DNA of 64,000 nt from Rhizophagus irregularis (lineage: Eukaryota). The notes under the pieces were generated by a model. The model ran no database searches. It had not been told where the DNA came from and saw only the letters and a list, made by a program, of their open reading frames with translations. Of the stretch, positions 42,900 through 54,235 are shown in pieces. The stretch covers positions 3,844,001-3,908,000 of the forward strand of contig NC_089435.1 in assembly GCF_026210795.1 (NCBI RefSeq), in the 5' to 3' direction. The position numbers were made by a program, and so were the translations under genes. Each line of letters starts with the position of its first letter. Positions within the stretch are counted from its first letter, which is position 1.

Positions 42900-43260
42900 A
42901 AAGTAACTAATAATATATTGGCCCTCCTTTTGCTTCTAACACTGTCTTCAAAAATGGAGCAATCTAAATTTTCACTCATGGTTCTTGGAAAGGCCTTACA
43001 GGCTTAGATATTGTCTTTTAATTGTTTCCAGATGTTCTCTATTGGGTTTAAATCTGGAGAATTTGTCAGCTAATCAATAATGTAAGTATTTGAATTGATT
43101 TTTTTCATTTCCTTTATTTTCATCACAAAAAATTAATAATCCTTTTATTCCTCCAACTGTCCAGCAAAACATTTCCAAACTATAACTGATTTTTAATCAC
43201 TTTTAAAAGTAGGTGTCAAACATTCAATGTTAAACCTTTCTCCTGTATGTTTCCAATAGT
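42900..43260 (-). pseudogene. Tc1/mariner DDE transposase relic (C-terminal part)
   Basis: Minus strand encodes SPDLNPIENIW (~43030-43060) and TPTFKS..VIVWKCFAG-like fragments. Confidence 0.7.
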
Positions 43261-43559
43261 AGTTAGATCTGTGGATGACCTATTAAATATACGAATATCC
43301 AGATGATAATTTTCAGCCACAGATAAATTTTACAGATTTTATGGATATTTTCATATCATATGACAATGATGAATGATCTACTTATAATCTTGTGACTTGT
43401 GACTTTTATTATCTGTGCAATGTCTTCTTAAAATTAAATTACCCATATTTATCCAGAATTAATGTTATGAAGCAAAACCATTCAGTTGTTGGTTAAATGG
43501 CAATACAAATATCAGACTCTTAAAGTCAGATAGTTTTCCACAAGTTGAAATCTGAAATC

Positions 43560-43985
43560 TTTGAGAAAGGAAACAAAGAAAAAAATTTCAAACCGTTATT
43601 TATGATATTTTGGAAGAAATGATAATGGCTACCTTGTGGGATGAATATAAACTGATACAAACAAGTAAAGGAAAGAGGAAGCTTGTGGACTATTTCAAGA
43701 ATTGGAAGGTCACACTCAAGGTCTTAAATAAACCACAAGTTTTCCTGACCACAGAAAAGAGTTGAAATGGTGTTGACACTCTATACCTAACTTGATGCAT
43801 TTTTTTAATTTTTCTTATCGGTAATGTTAACCTTAAGAAGAAAGATAATAAGTCCTCATCTAATGCCAACAAGCAAGTTAAGAATCCCATGTCTCAGAAA
43901 TCGAAGTCCAATAAAAAAAAGAAGGCTAAAGGAGGTGGTAATACAAACAAAGAGGTTTTAGCAGAAATTTTAGTATTACTACAGA
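43560..43985 (+). repeat. Fragment of the ORF1-like retroelement family (cf. 49824-51468)
   Basis: Shares atggctaccttgtgg, caaacaagtaaagga.gaggaa.cttgtgg.ctatttc.agaattgg and gagttgaaatggtgttgacac with 50860-51060. Confidence 0.75.
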
Positions 43986-44338
43986 ATTTAATTTAATTTC
44001 TACTTTATTTTGATTTTGTAGCTGAATAATTAATTTTAAGACAGGAATTTTTTTACTTTTGACTGAGAATTCAGCTAAAGTCATGCTTTGGTGGGTAAAA
44101 TAGATTCTGTGCACCTTTATGGAGGGCTTCACTGTTAATATCTTAATTTAGGTTTCCACAGTATCAGTCTTTATTTAAAAATTAAAAATAAAAAATAAAT
44201 TATTAGTTACGTTTTTTAATTTTTTTTTTTCATATCAGGTATTAAAACATGACATATATTAATGAAATCCTCAATGATATTACATTTGATGAGCCTGGTA
44301 TTTCAGAAGAGAAAGCTGAAAATTCACAAAATGTTTTA

Positions 44339-44617
44339 TAGCTGATTGCAAAATTGTAAGACCACCCTATGACTTTTTAATTTGAAAATTTGATATTTTG
44401 AATTTTTCAATTATTCAACTCCTTAAATAAAAATAGAAATATATCATATGATTCAATATAAATAAATTACTTTAAAATCTTTATTAATTTTAAGGAGTTA
44501 AAGTTATTACCAAAATAGGTATTTAAACTTGCTTTTTTACTAATTCTTGAAAAATTCAAAATATCAAATTTTCAAATTGAAAATCATAGGGTGGTTGTAC
44601 AATTTTGCAATCAGCTG
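44339..44617. mobile_element. MITE with ~70-bp TIRs and TA TSD
   Basis: Left end tagctgattgcaaaattgtaagaccaccctatgactttttaatttgaaaatttgatattttgaatttttcaa; right end ttgaaaaattcaaaatatcaaattttcaaattgaaaatcatagggtggttgtacaattttgcaatcagctg; TA on both sides. Second copy at ~61045. Confidence 0.85.
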
Positions 44618-44879
44618 TAAAAAAAATTGTAATTTAGCATGCGGAATTTTTCCAAAAAATGATAATGTATTTTCAATAATTCAAGATTAATATTTCATAA
44701 TCTGTAATTATTTCTTATTTTGTCAATATAATTTTGAATATAATTTTGTATTTTTGGTTTTGACATTTATAAATAATAAAGAATTGAACATTTTAGTTAA
44801 GTTACATGAACAATTGTTAACAAATTTTATGAATAAGTCACAGATTGGATAAACTGGATCTAACCACTAGTTTCCAAAC

Positions 44880-45135
44880 TCTTATCTGTCTTGACTGCTT
44901 GCCAATCTCAACACTTGGTTCCAATCCTGGATTGTTTTTTCTTTATATTTCTCACACCAACTAACATGAGATAATGTATGCTTTTTTGATACAATAGGTT
45001 TTTTGCTGCAACATGAAAATGGATTCCAGCATAATATAGTGTCTGTCTAGCAGTTGTTAGGCTGCAACTTAAGCCCAATGTATTAATAATTTCATGTAAA
45101 GGTTCATGTCTGTTCTTCTTAACTTCATTTAGGTG
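44880..45135 (-). pseudogene. Tc1-like transposase N-terminal HTH relic
   Basis: LHEIINTLGLSCSLTTARQTLYYAGIHFHVAAK followed by a frameshifted KPFVS, the Tc3/Tc1 HTH pattern. Confidence 0.55.
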
Positions 45136-45139
45136 GAGT

Positions 45140-47900
45140 TGGCAGGGGAAACTGTAAGAGCAGCATAGATAGCAACAAGTGGAGGAAGGCCATTCTCTGA
45201 TAATTCCATGAGATAGAGTTGAGGAAACCAGTATCTTTCTTCTTGGGTAAAATTTCATTATAACATGAGTGAGTTGGAGGAGGAAACTATTGGAGATTTG
45301 GAAAAGGCATGGAAGAAATATCCATGGGAGAAAAGTCAGGGATGATATCCAGATGTGAATAATAAGAATGAACCACTTTATTGATATCAGCCCAAGTAAA
45401 AGGGAAAACAACTTCTGTAGTATCATACCTAATATGTTCATTAGCCATGGGAAGGATAAGAGAACATAAAAGAGAGGCCTTTTGGGTACAAAGAATAAGT
45501 TCAGCAGGACGTTTTTTGGGGCAGGCATAGGTTTAATAATGTCATCCAATGTACGAAAAAGCAAGTGGCACGAGCAGAGAGTTGTTTGCCAAATAAAGGT
45601 GAACTAGAATCATCTAAAGTAACAATCCAATTTTTAGTTGAAGGTGGAAAAGAAGTACAAGGAGGCAGATATTTATCGATCAACTGGTTGTTAGAATTAG
45701 GGATTGTGGTTTGTGGTTTGTTTCTGAATATCCAAATACCACTTATGAAAAGAACATAACCACGCTTATCAGTTAAATTGATAAGATATGAAGCCCAAGA
45801 TAAAAGATGGGTGCCTTGTGGAGTGATAAATTGAGAGAGATAGAAAAGTTGTTTCTTGCAAAAACCTTAAGAGTCATACATTTATACAAAGGAGTATGGC
45901 AAGAGATCAGGAAGCTGTGAGAAATAAATGAGCAATTGTGCAAGTGATATAATCTTTCTTAAATGAAATAAAGGATGACCATATAGATCAATCATTAACT
46001 AATAAAGGTGAAATAGGAATCAAAAACCTATATTGAATTAATTTTAATCTATAAATAAATAATAGATTGAATAAAAAAAGAAGAATTAGCTTAATAAAAA
46101 TAAATAAGTTAAATGACATTGTTGTTAATGAGCAAACAAATTAATTTAACCCAAAGCTTGAGATAAAATAAAATTGTATTAGGAAGAGAATGGTAGCCAA
46201 AGAACATTCAGATTCTGAGAGGTGAGTGACTTGCATATGGTATTTGAGCTTTGGGATAAGAACTGTATTGTGGAAATAAACAATTTGTTTAGCAGAGAGT
46301 TTAGTGGCAGCGAAAGAGTTACATTTGTTTTCTAACAAAATCGCATGAGCCATTAATGTTAAACCAAACACCTAAAAAATGAAAAGAAGTGGTCATAGGT
46401 ATTGGTGTAATGGATATAGAAAAAATCTTGTTCAAAGGTGACAACTGACAAGGCCAAGTCAAAAATAATTAGAGATGGAGACTAGGCAGAAGTTAAGGGT
46501 AGTGAATTAGTAGTTAGCACATATTTTCTGTGATTAGCTGAAGTATTGTTAATAAAATAAAATTCTTCAGTGATGAATAATATCAACTCCATGCTAGCTT
46601 TGGACAAGGAAATAAGAGTAGAGTCATCCATAAAAACCAAGTTGTTAATACGCAAATCAGCCGTATCAATGGGATCATGAGTTGTTGTCAATAAGGGAGA
46701 AGATAGAACATAAGGGTCCATCATACTATTCTTCAAGACAGTAAGCAATGGATTAATATAAATGACCCATAAAAGAGGGTGAAATAACTTCGTCCTGGTC
46801 AATACAGTAGATGTTGGACTGGTTGAAGAGAGTTAGGGAAGTAACAGGTAGCTGAGAGATTTTTAAGGTAGTCATAGTCAGACGAGAAGGGGGATCAGAG
46901 AAATGTAAATTGACCAGAACATGAGTTACAGAAGGATCCTCTTGCATGGGTGTAGGGCCAGAATCATTAAAAAAAGCAAGATGCAATTCAATATGAGACA
47001 TCCTTTGATTAGCTAATTCAAACATTAGCAACTTCATATTGCAATTCGCAGAGTAGAGTTAGAATATTATTTGCATCATCTTTAAATAAAGCAGAATTAG
47101 GAGTTTGTGGAAAGGCTTGATGTTTCAATGATTGAGAAGAGGAGGAAAATGAGATAGAGCAATCTTTGCCATGGTTATTTCGGGACTGGGTATGACCATT
47201 ATTAGTATTATCAGGTGAAAAGAGGTTTTGATTGCCAGCATTAGCATGGTGGGAAGCAGAAGCAGAACGATCATGAGATTTAGATCTAAAATGAGAACAT
47301 TGGCCAGCAGCTTGACAAGAGTGGAAAGGTTGATTAATGTTAAAACACTCCTTAAGTTTAGCTACAGGATCCCAAGTATAAGAATTAAGAATGACCCTGG
47401 ATTGTTTTAAGGGGCAAAAGTTGAAACACAACCAAGGCAGAATCTATGGCTTTCTGAGAGTTAAACGTAACATAAGCCCATTTCTTAGGTTTGTAGGAAT
47501 TAAGGGAAAGAAACATTTACAGCTTTAGCTTGAAGATCATGGGTTTAAAGGAGCCAGATCAATATCTTGAGTCAGCATTATTATAGACAATGTGAGCTTG
47601 TTGGACCTTAGCGTTTTTCCTAGAGAATAATAAATAGGAGGTGATATTACCAAATTTCTTAAAGTAGGTAAGGAGGTTGTTTTTGTTAATGAAGAATGGA
47701 ACATCAGTAATCTGAATAGCTCAGAGATCTTCATTACTTCAGAGTTGGTGAGGGTCGGGAATTCAGCATGAGTACCAGTGTCTCTGTCCTGAGCAGTATG
47801 GGGCTGTTTATCTTTGTTTTAACATTGGCTAAAGTCATGATGTAACTGGACATAGAAGACGCAGCAGAATTATTCGGAAAGACATCTGCTGAGTTGGCAA
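45140..47900 (-). mobile_element. Decayed non-LTR retrotransposon (LINE) with RT fragments; boundaries approximate
   Basis: Minus-strand fragments PLLWVIYINPLL, NNLVFMDDSTLIS (YxDD-equivalent), FLGV and VLIPKLKYHMQVT; many frameshifts and deletions. Confidence 0.7.
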
Positions 47901-48145
47901 CGTTGAGTTATCAGAGTTCAGTTGTTAGCATTATTATTTTTTCTATCTTGGTGGTTAGCTTTCCTACTGTTAGGATTATGGTTGCCATGGCCTCTGAATT
48001 GAAAATAACTGACTGCTAAGTTTATGCTTATTTCTTCATATGAAAATTATCTGCAATTATTGACAAAATTCTTCTTTTTCTATTAGGTCCTTTTTGTTTC
48101 TTTTTAGGGATTCGTTAAAACAAGACCAAAATTTACAGTCAACTC

Positions 48146-48390
48146 TAAGGTTGCTGGAGAAACTAGGGAGTTTTGGCAAGTTGGCGAAATGCCAAAATAG
48201 CAAAACTTTGCCAAAACTATATGAAAGTCTTATTAAAAAGTTGGCAAAACTCTGGAGAAAAGCGAAACCTGTCGAAACTTATTATAAATGCTGAAACTGC
48301 CAAAACCTTGCCAAAACTATAATAAAACTATAGTAAAATTTTGGAGAAACTAATCATAGAATTTTGGAGAGGTTTAGGCAGGCAACCTTA
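48146..48390. mobile_element. hAT-like MITE (TAAGGTTGC TIR, 8-bp TSD) inserted into a pogo-like terminal sequence
   Basis: taaggttgc ... gcaacctta, flanked by gtcaactc (48138-48145) and gtcgactc (48391-48398). Removing it restores ta-cagtcgactctggttataacgaacc. Confidence 0.75.
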
Positions 48391-48549
48391 GTCGACTCTG
48401 GTTATAACGAACCTGTTTGTACCAAAACCTCACTATACTGAATCATAATTTCCAGAACCAATTTTTTATAAATAATTTCACTGGATATAATGAACTTTTA
48501 TAATAAACACTATATAATGCATCTGAACCAAACTTAACCAGCCCCTATA

Positions 48550-49575
48550 TATATATTTTATTTTATGCAAAGCAGGAGGGGAATACATATAAGAGCATAT
48601 ATCAACACCAAAAGTGCTGAGTTCACCCTAAAAGAAAGACCTGCCACCAAAAACCAGAGAAGCTGGCACCCGACCTTAACTTCTTGAAAAAAAAGACCTA
48701 TCTACAAGCACGCCCACAAGTAGCTAGGTAAACACACTGAGTAAAAAAACAAAAGTGGAGAGGACAAGTTCCCTTTTCAAGAAATTGTGGTACTAAACAT
48801 AAATTGATTCGGCTATGCTAATATCAAGTACAAATTAGTAGAAATAACTAAATTCTATTAAGACTAAACTAATTTTTGTAATAATTCTAAAATTTTTGCT
48901 AAAACCTCCTTGTTCGAACTATTACCACCATTCACCTTCTTGTTCAAATTGTCCAATTTCTCAGATGCTTTCATTTTCTGACCCAAGGGTTTTTTCAACT
49001 TATTACTTGTATTAGGTATTTATTTATTTATTTTATGTGAAGCAGGTAGTTAATATATATAAGAAGAATGCGTCTTAAAAAAAACCTATCATCGAAAACC
49101 AGAGAAGCTGGTGCCTGACCCTAACTTCTTGAAAAAAAAGGACCTATCTACAAGCACGCCCACTAGTAGCTAGGTAATCACACTGGGTAAAAAAAAAAAC
49201 AAAATGGAGAGGACAAGTCCCCTTTCCAAGAAATTGTGATACTAAACATAAAAAGATTCGGCTATGCTAAAAACAAGTACAAATTAGCAGAAATAACTAA
49301 ATTCTATTAAGACTATACTAATTTCTGTAATAATTCTAAAATTTTTACTAAAATCTTCTTGTTCGAACTATTACCACCCTTCGCCTTCTTGTTTGAATTA
49401 TCCAATTTCTCAGATGCTTTCATTTTTCTGGCCCAGGGGTTTCTTCAACTTATTACTTGTATTAGGAGCTTTGGATGAGGAATTATTTTCCTTCTTCTTT
49501 AACTTTGCATTACTGGAATGGTCTTTTTTTCTTCTGAGCTCAAAACTTGATGGTAATCTAAGAGACCCCGAACAA
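48550..49575 (-). repeat. Two tandem 5'-truncated copies of a non-LTR retroelement 3' end
   Basis: Direct repeat ~48650-49016 versus ~49095-49465. Both contain the reverse complement of cacaatttctt.aaa.ggga.cttgtcctctcca seen at ~51240, and end in (TAAA)n-type tails at ~48550-48565 and 49017-49036. Confidence 0.8.
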
Positions 49576-49823
49576 TATATATATAGGTCAGATAAAAAAT
49601 TCAAGGTCAATAAGCAAATATTTTTCATGTCTGCTAAGCAAACTTTTATCTAACCCATAAATTTTTTACACTGCTAAGCAATTTATTTTATAACATATAT
49701 ATATTTATGAAAAAGTCCTCTTGCCACCCGGGGTGGTAACATGATTTTTACCACTCCTACTGCACGTGATACTATAACGTTATATAACATGTGTAAATAT
49801 TTTAAATATTAACGTAATGCGTC

Positions 49824-51468
49824 GATAGTCCAAAAAAACTCTTTCCCGAATACATTTTTTACGAAAATTTCTGCGTAATAATTTTTTTTTAAAAAATAAT
49901 CCCCTTTATTAAATTTATTACATAAATATAAAAATGTCTATGGATAAGAGCCGAACACCAAACGAAGCAGCTTTAGACTTCGTTTCCAAGTTTAACGAAA
50001 TTTATTTTCAAACTTTGACACACCACTTAAGTTCTTTTGTACAGGACGGTTTCCTCAAGGACTTATTTGAAAAAAACCCCTCAGTGACTAAGGATAAAGC
50101 TCAGTTACTGATACAGAAGTTTGGCGAAACAGCCAACCCTGCGAACTTCACTTCACAAGCCCAGGCTACGAATATACAACCCACCACCCTTTCGCTAATA
50201 TTTTCTATAGCGCTATATGCTGCGTCCAAGTCTTGGGATAATTTTTCAACCCAATTCTTTTGCAATTTTGGCGATATGGGTGATGATGATAATGACGATG
50301 ATGATGGATCTCAGAATACTGATGATTATCTGATGGATGAGTCATCTTTGCTAACGCTTGATGAAGATGATCTTATACGCAAAGGATTACAAAAACCACC
50401 AAATCCAGTACCAATCAAGCTTCCATCAATGCCTGATTTAGTAATGACCCTGTTGTTCAAACTGTAATACCCGAAAACTCCCAGAAGAAAGATAAATAAA
50501 AGGCGTGTGTTACAGCTGATAAACAAATCACGAACTAATCAACGAAGGCAAAACCTGATGTAAAAACATCAGCCAAAAATTCCCATAAGGGAAAGAATAC
50601 CTGAGACCTGCAGAAAATTATAGTAGAGTTAAAACTTTGGGGGAATACTATCAAGTGTTCTGTCAAACGACAGCACAAGTATCAGACTCTTAGAGTCAAG
50701 ATAGCACTATCCTCCTTTGCCCTTCCCCAGTTTAATAAATATTGGATGACAGACCTGGGAGGTATACCCGGTAGATAGTTCCCTGCAAGTTGGACTTTAC
50801 GAGAAAAAAAACAACGTGAAAAGTTCCAAGCCGTCATTCATGACATTCCAGAGGATATGATGATGGCTACCTTGTGGATGGACCGTAAACCATGTGAATT
50901 TTTAATGAAGTGCGGTGCTAGCTCATTTAAAATAATTCAAACAAGTAAAGGAAGGAGGAAACTTGTGGCCTATTTCGAGAATTGGGAGACCACACTAAGG
51001 GCCTTAGATACGCCACAGTTTTTCGTACCTGATGGTAAGGAGTTGAAATGGTGTTGACACTCCATCCCTTCCTTGAAGAAAGCACAAAGTAAACCGAAGG
51101 CTAAAAATACTCTGAATACGAAAAAGTCAGGTAAGTCTGAATCGTAATCAGCCTAAGAAGAATGATAAACCTGCATCCTCGAAACAAGTCTCTAAAAATA
51201 ATAACCAGGAGGAGAAATACCCGAATACTCAGAAGATGCCACAATTTCTTGAAAAGGGAACTTGTCCTCTCCATTTTTGTTTATTTTTCCCAGTGCGTTT
51301 GTCTGGACCTTTATCGGACGGGGTAGTAGTTCAGGTCTTTTCTTTTTAAGAAGTTAGGAGCTCCTCTGGAATCTGATGGTAGGATTATGTTGGGTTGTAT
51401 TACTTCGGAATCATGCCCTCTTTGTATCCCCTGCCTGCTTCACATAAAATAAATAAATAAATAAATAA
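49824..51468 (+). mobile_element. Non-autonomous ORF1-only non-LTR retroelement with (TAAA)n tail and 16-bp TSD
   Basis: ATTAACGTAATGCGTC at 49808-49823 and 51469-51484; tail taaaataaataaataaataaataaat at ~51445-51470; ORF 49934-50467 plus broken downstream frames; no RT motifs seen. Confidence 0.8.
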
Positions 51469-51523
51469 ATTAACGTAATGCGTCAAGAACGATACATTTG
51501 CCAATGTAACATTTAAAACAAAT

Positions 51524-52635
51524 ATGGATAACATCAATTTAAATAAGGAAAACACTTTACCAAAATCTATAGTCTCAAGAAAAAACCGTTTGAGAGTTCT
51601 TCAAGAGCTTCAGACTAGTGACAATCTAAAGGAGCAAGCACTTGAGTTAAAGGTTGGCTATAAATTTGAGAATTGGGAGCATGTAGACCAAGTTCTACAT
51701 ACATATGCCAAAACAAAAGGTTTTTCCTGGAGATTGCAAAATACTTATCATAGAGTTGATGGAAGCGTTAGTAAAAAGGTATTTGAATGTCATCATGCTG
51801 GTAAGCCAAGATCGCGTAAAGGAAATAATCCAGATATAACATGAAATACAACATCATCTCACATTGAGTGTACGTGTTATATAAATATTTGTTGGCCAAA
51901 AACTGACTCAATTCCAAGAGTAACTACTTTTGAACCAGGGCATAAAAACCATAATCTTAACACTTTAACAGCAATATTCGCACCATCATATCGTAGTTTA
52001 CCTGAGTCAGTGATGAATCGAATAAAATTGCTGAGTTTCCACAGCAAACATTTCTAGAAAGAGATGTAATAAATGCGATTCAATACTTTAAACAGGATAA
52101 TTCTCATAGTGAAGTTAATGATCCAGACAATGATGCGTTTTGGCTATTGAAATGCTTGAAAATCAGCAAAAAGAAGATCCTGGGATGTTTATTGCTAAAA
52201 AAATCCATCAAGGGAGGTTATTTCATATTTTTTGGATGGATTTGAATCAACAGGATTTATATCAGTATTATCATGATGTTATTGTAACAGATAACACTTC
52301 AAGAACAAATAAGTACCACATGGCTCTTTGCATCTTTGTTGGTGTTGATAATCGAAACAATACCTGTATTTTTGCATAAGCATTATTATCTGATGAAACA
52401 TCAGCGTCTTATACATGGGTTTTAGAACAACTTTTAGAAGCAAACAATGGAATCACGCCAACTATTATTATTAGTGATGCAGATACAGGCCTAGATGCAG
52501 CGTTAAAAACACTTTTATCTCATATAAAACACATCCATTGTATATTTCATATTTGTCAAAATCTGGATCGTCATATGCAAAGCTCTTTGGGTGAGAATAA
52601 TCGCAATTTTTTATCTAAATTTTATAATTTTAATG
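51524..52635 (+). pseudogene. FAR1/MULE transposase relic (truncated, stops and frameshifts)
   Basis: LKVGYKFENW..YAKTKGF, FECHHAG, IFWM, TDNTSRTNKY, FA*ALLSDET, IISDAD and HCIFH; homologous to the 33-36 kb transposase. Confidence 0.85.
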
Positions 52636-52849
52636 TTACGCGGATGCGTATTTGTTTTATCAAAAACACATTACACAATCACGTCTAAAAATGTTTCCTG
52701 TATTACATATACAATTAACTTATTCTTTGTATTAAAAATAGTAAATTTTTTTTACACAAAACTATTTATAACTTTGTTTACATATTTTATTAAATTTTTT
52801 TTAATGTGAAAAATGTAAATATATATTATATTATATGATAGTGAAGGGT

Positions 52850-53528
52850 CAAGGCAGGAGAGAATTTGCACTATTTCATCCTAAATTTACAAAATAAAAA
52901 ATAAATAGATTAGTGATTAGTTATGAAATCCGAATTTGGAAAAGGTCACGATACCTATACCCTAAAACTCTTGAATTGCCTTTTGGTCATTTTTTCTAGT
53001 GGTTTACGGGATCTTTGTTTGTAACCACCAAGTGGTTCAAGTGAAACTGAAATAGTTCGATCTCTACCGGCGAGAGATTGAGATAGTACCGCCGATTGTG
53101 TGGATTGTGAGGATTGCTAAACTACTAATTTCACTAACAAGATAATCAAGAGTCGAATAAATTTTTGCAATTTCTATCGTATATGATTATATACAAATAA
53201 AATTAGTAAGAATAATCCCATATTCTAATTAAACTTAATACATTATACCATTTTTATCAACACTATCGCTTCTTCCACGTTTGCTGCAGCCATCACTTCT
53301 ACTTCTACTGCTGCGGTTGTTACTTCTGCTGCGGTCTCTTCTCATACTTCTTCTCCGGTTGTCATTTCTTCGACTTCTACTGCGGTCTCTTCTTATACTT
53401 CTTCCACGGTTATCATTTTTTCGACTTCTGCTGCATTCACTACTTCTACTTCTTCCGCGGTCGTCTGGACTGGAAGTGCGTCAAGATTTTGATCGTGCGT
53501 TATGATCATCCAGACTAAAACGAGACAT
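52850..53528 (-). pseudogene. Arg/Ser-rich spliced ORF divergent from the CACTA transposase (probable element accessory gene), early stop
   Basis: ATG at 53528 reads MSRFSLDDHNARSKS*RTSSPDDRGRSRSS...RSRKNDNRGRSIRRDRSRSRRNDNRRRSMRRDRSRS (45-bp tandem units). GT donor at ~53248; further exons lie downstream. Confidence 0.5.
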
Positions 53529-53576
53529 CAATCGTCTCTTCAGGTTTGTGATTAATTTAAAGTAATTATGTCGACG

Positions 53577-53865
53577 TAGTGTTTGGAATCGAATATATTC
53601 GAATATACTCGAGTATTCATTTAAATTTATAAAGTGTATTCGAATAATATTCGAATAAGTTAAATTTCCTTTTATAGTAATGATTTACATAATTTTTAGC
53701 CTGAATTATGATTTTAACTCAGTTAAATTTAAGGATTTAATGCCCAATTAGAATTTTAACTATACTATATCTGGCTAAATGAATACTTGAATAACCACTA
53801 TGCTTATTCAAATACTCGAATATACTCGAGTTATTCGAATAACTGTTACATGATTCCAAACACTA
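53577..53865. mobile_element. hAT-family MITE (289 bp, 14-bp perfect TIR, 8-bp TSD)
   Basis: TAGTGTTTGGAATC ... GATTCCAAACACTA; TGTCGACG at 53569-53576 and 53866-53873; subterminal palindromic motifs tattcgaata and tactcgagta. Confidence 0.9.
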
Positions 53866-54235
53866 TGTCGACGCATAAATATTTTTTTGAAATAGATAGA
53901 ATTTTTGATTATGTGAAATTTTTTTTTTTTTTTTTTAAAAAAGAAAAGTTGAAGAATCAAATTTAGGTCAATTGATTCTTTATATACTTTATCGAAATAA
54001 ACTTTTTTATACTTTTCTTATTATTGCACAGCAACGAATATTTGATCAACTGATGTTGATGTATAATCCCATTTAAATTTGATTATACATTTTACTTTTA
54101 TTATTATGTAATATAAATATTTTATATTTAAAAGTGCAAGCAAAAGTATTATAAATTTATTACTGATAATTGACATATTTTATATATAAATATATCTCTT
54201 GTATTTATTAAATTCTCGCTAAAACTTTAATTACA

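Noticed and set aside
44908..45564. 218-aa minus-strand ORF as an intact gene
   Set aside because: Chimeric read-through across a decayed LINE fragment and a Tc1 HTH relic.
53281..53505. Leu/Arg-rich 74-aa plus-strand ORF resembling a membrane peptide
   Set aside because: Antisense reading of the RS-repeat ORF.
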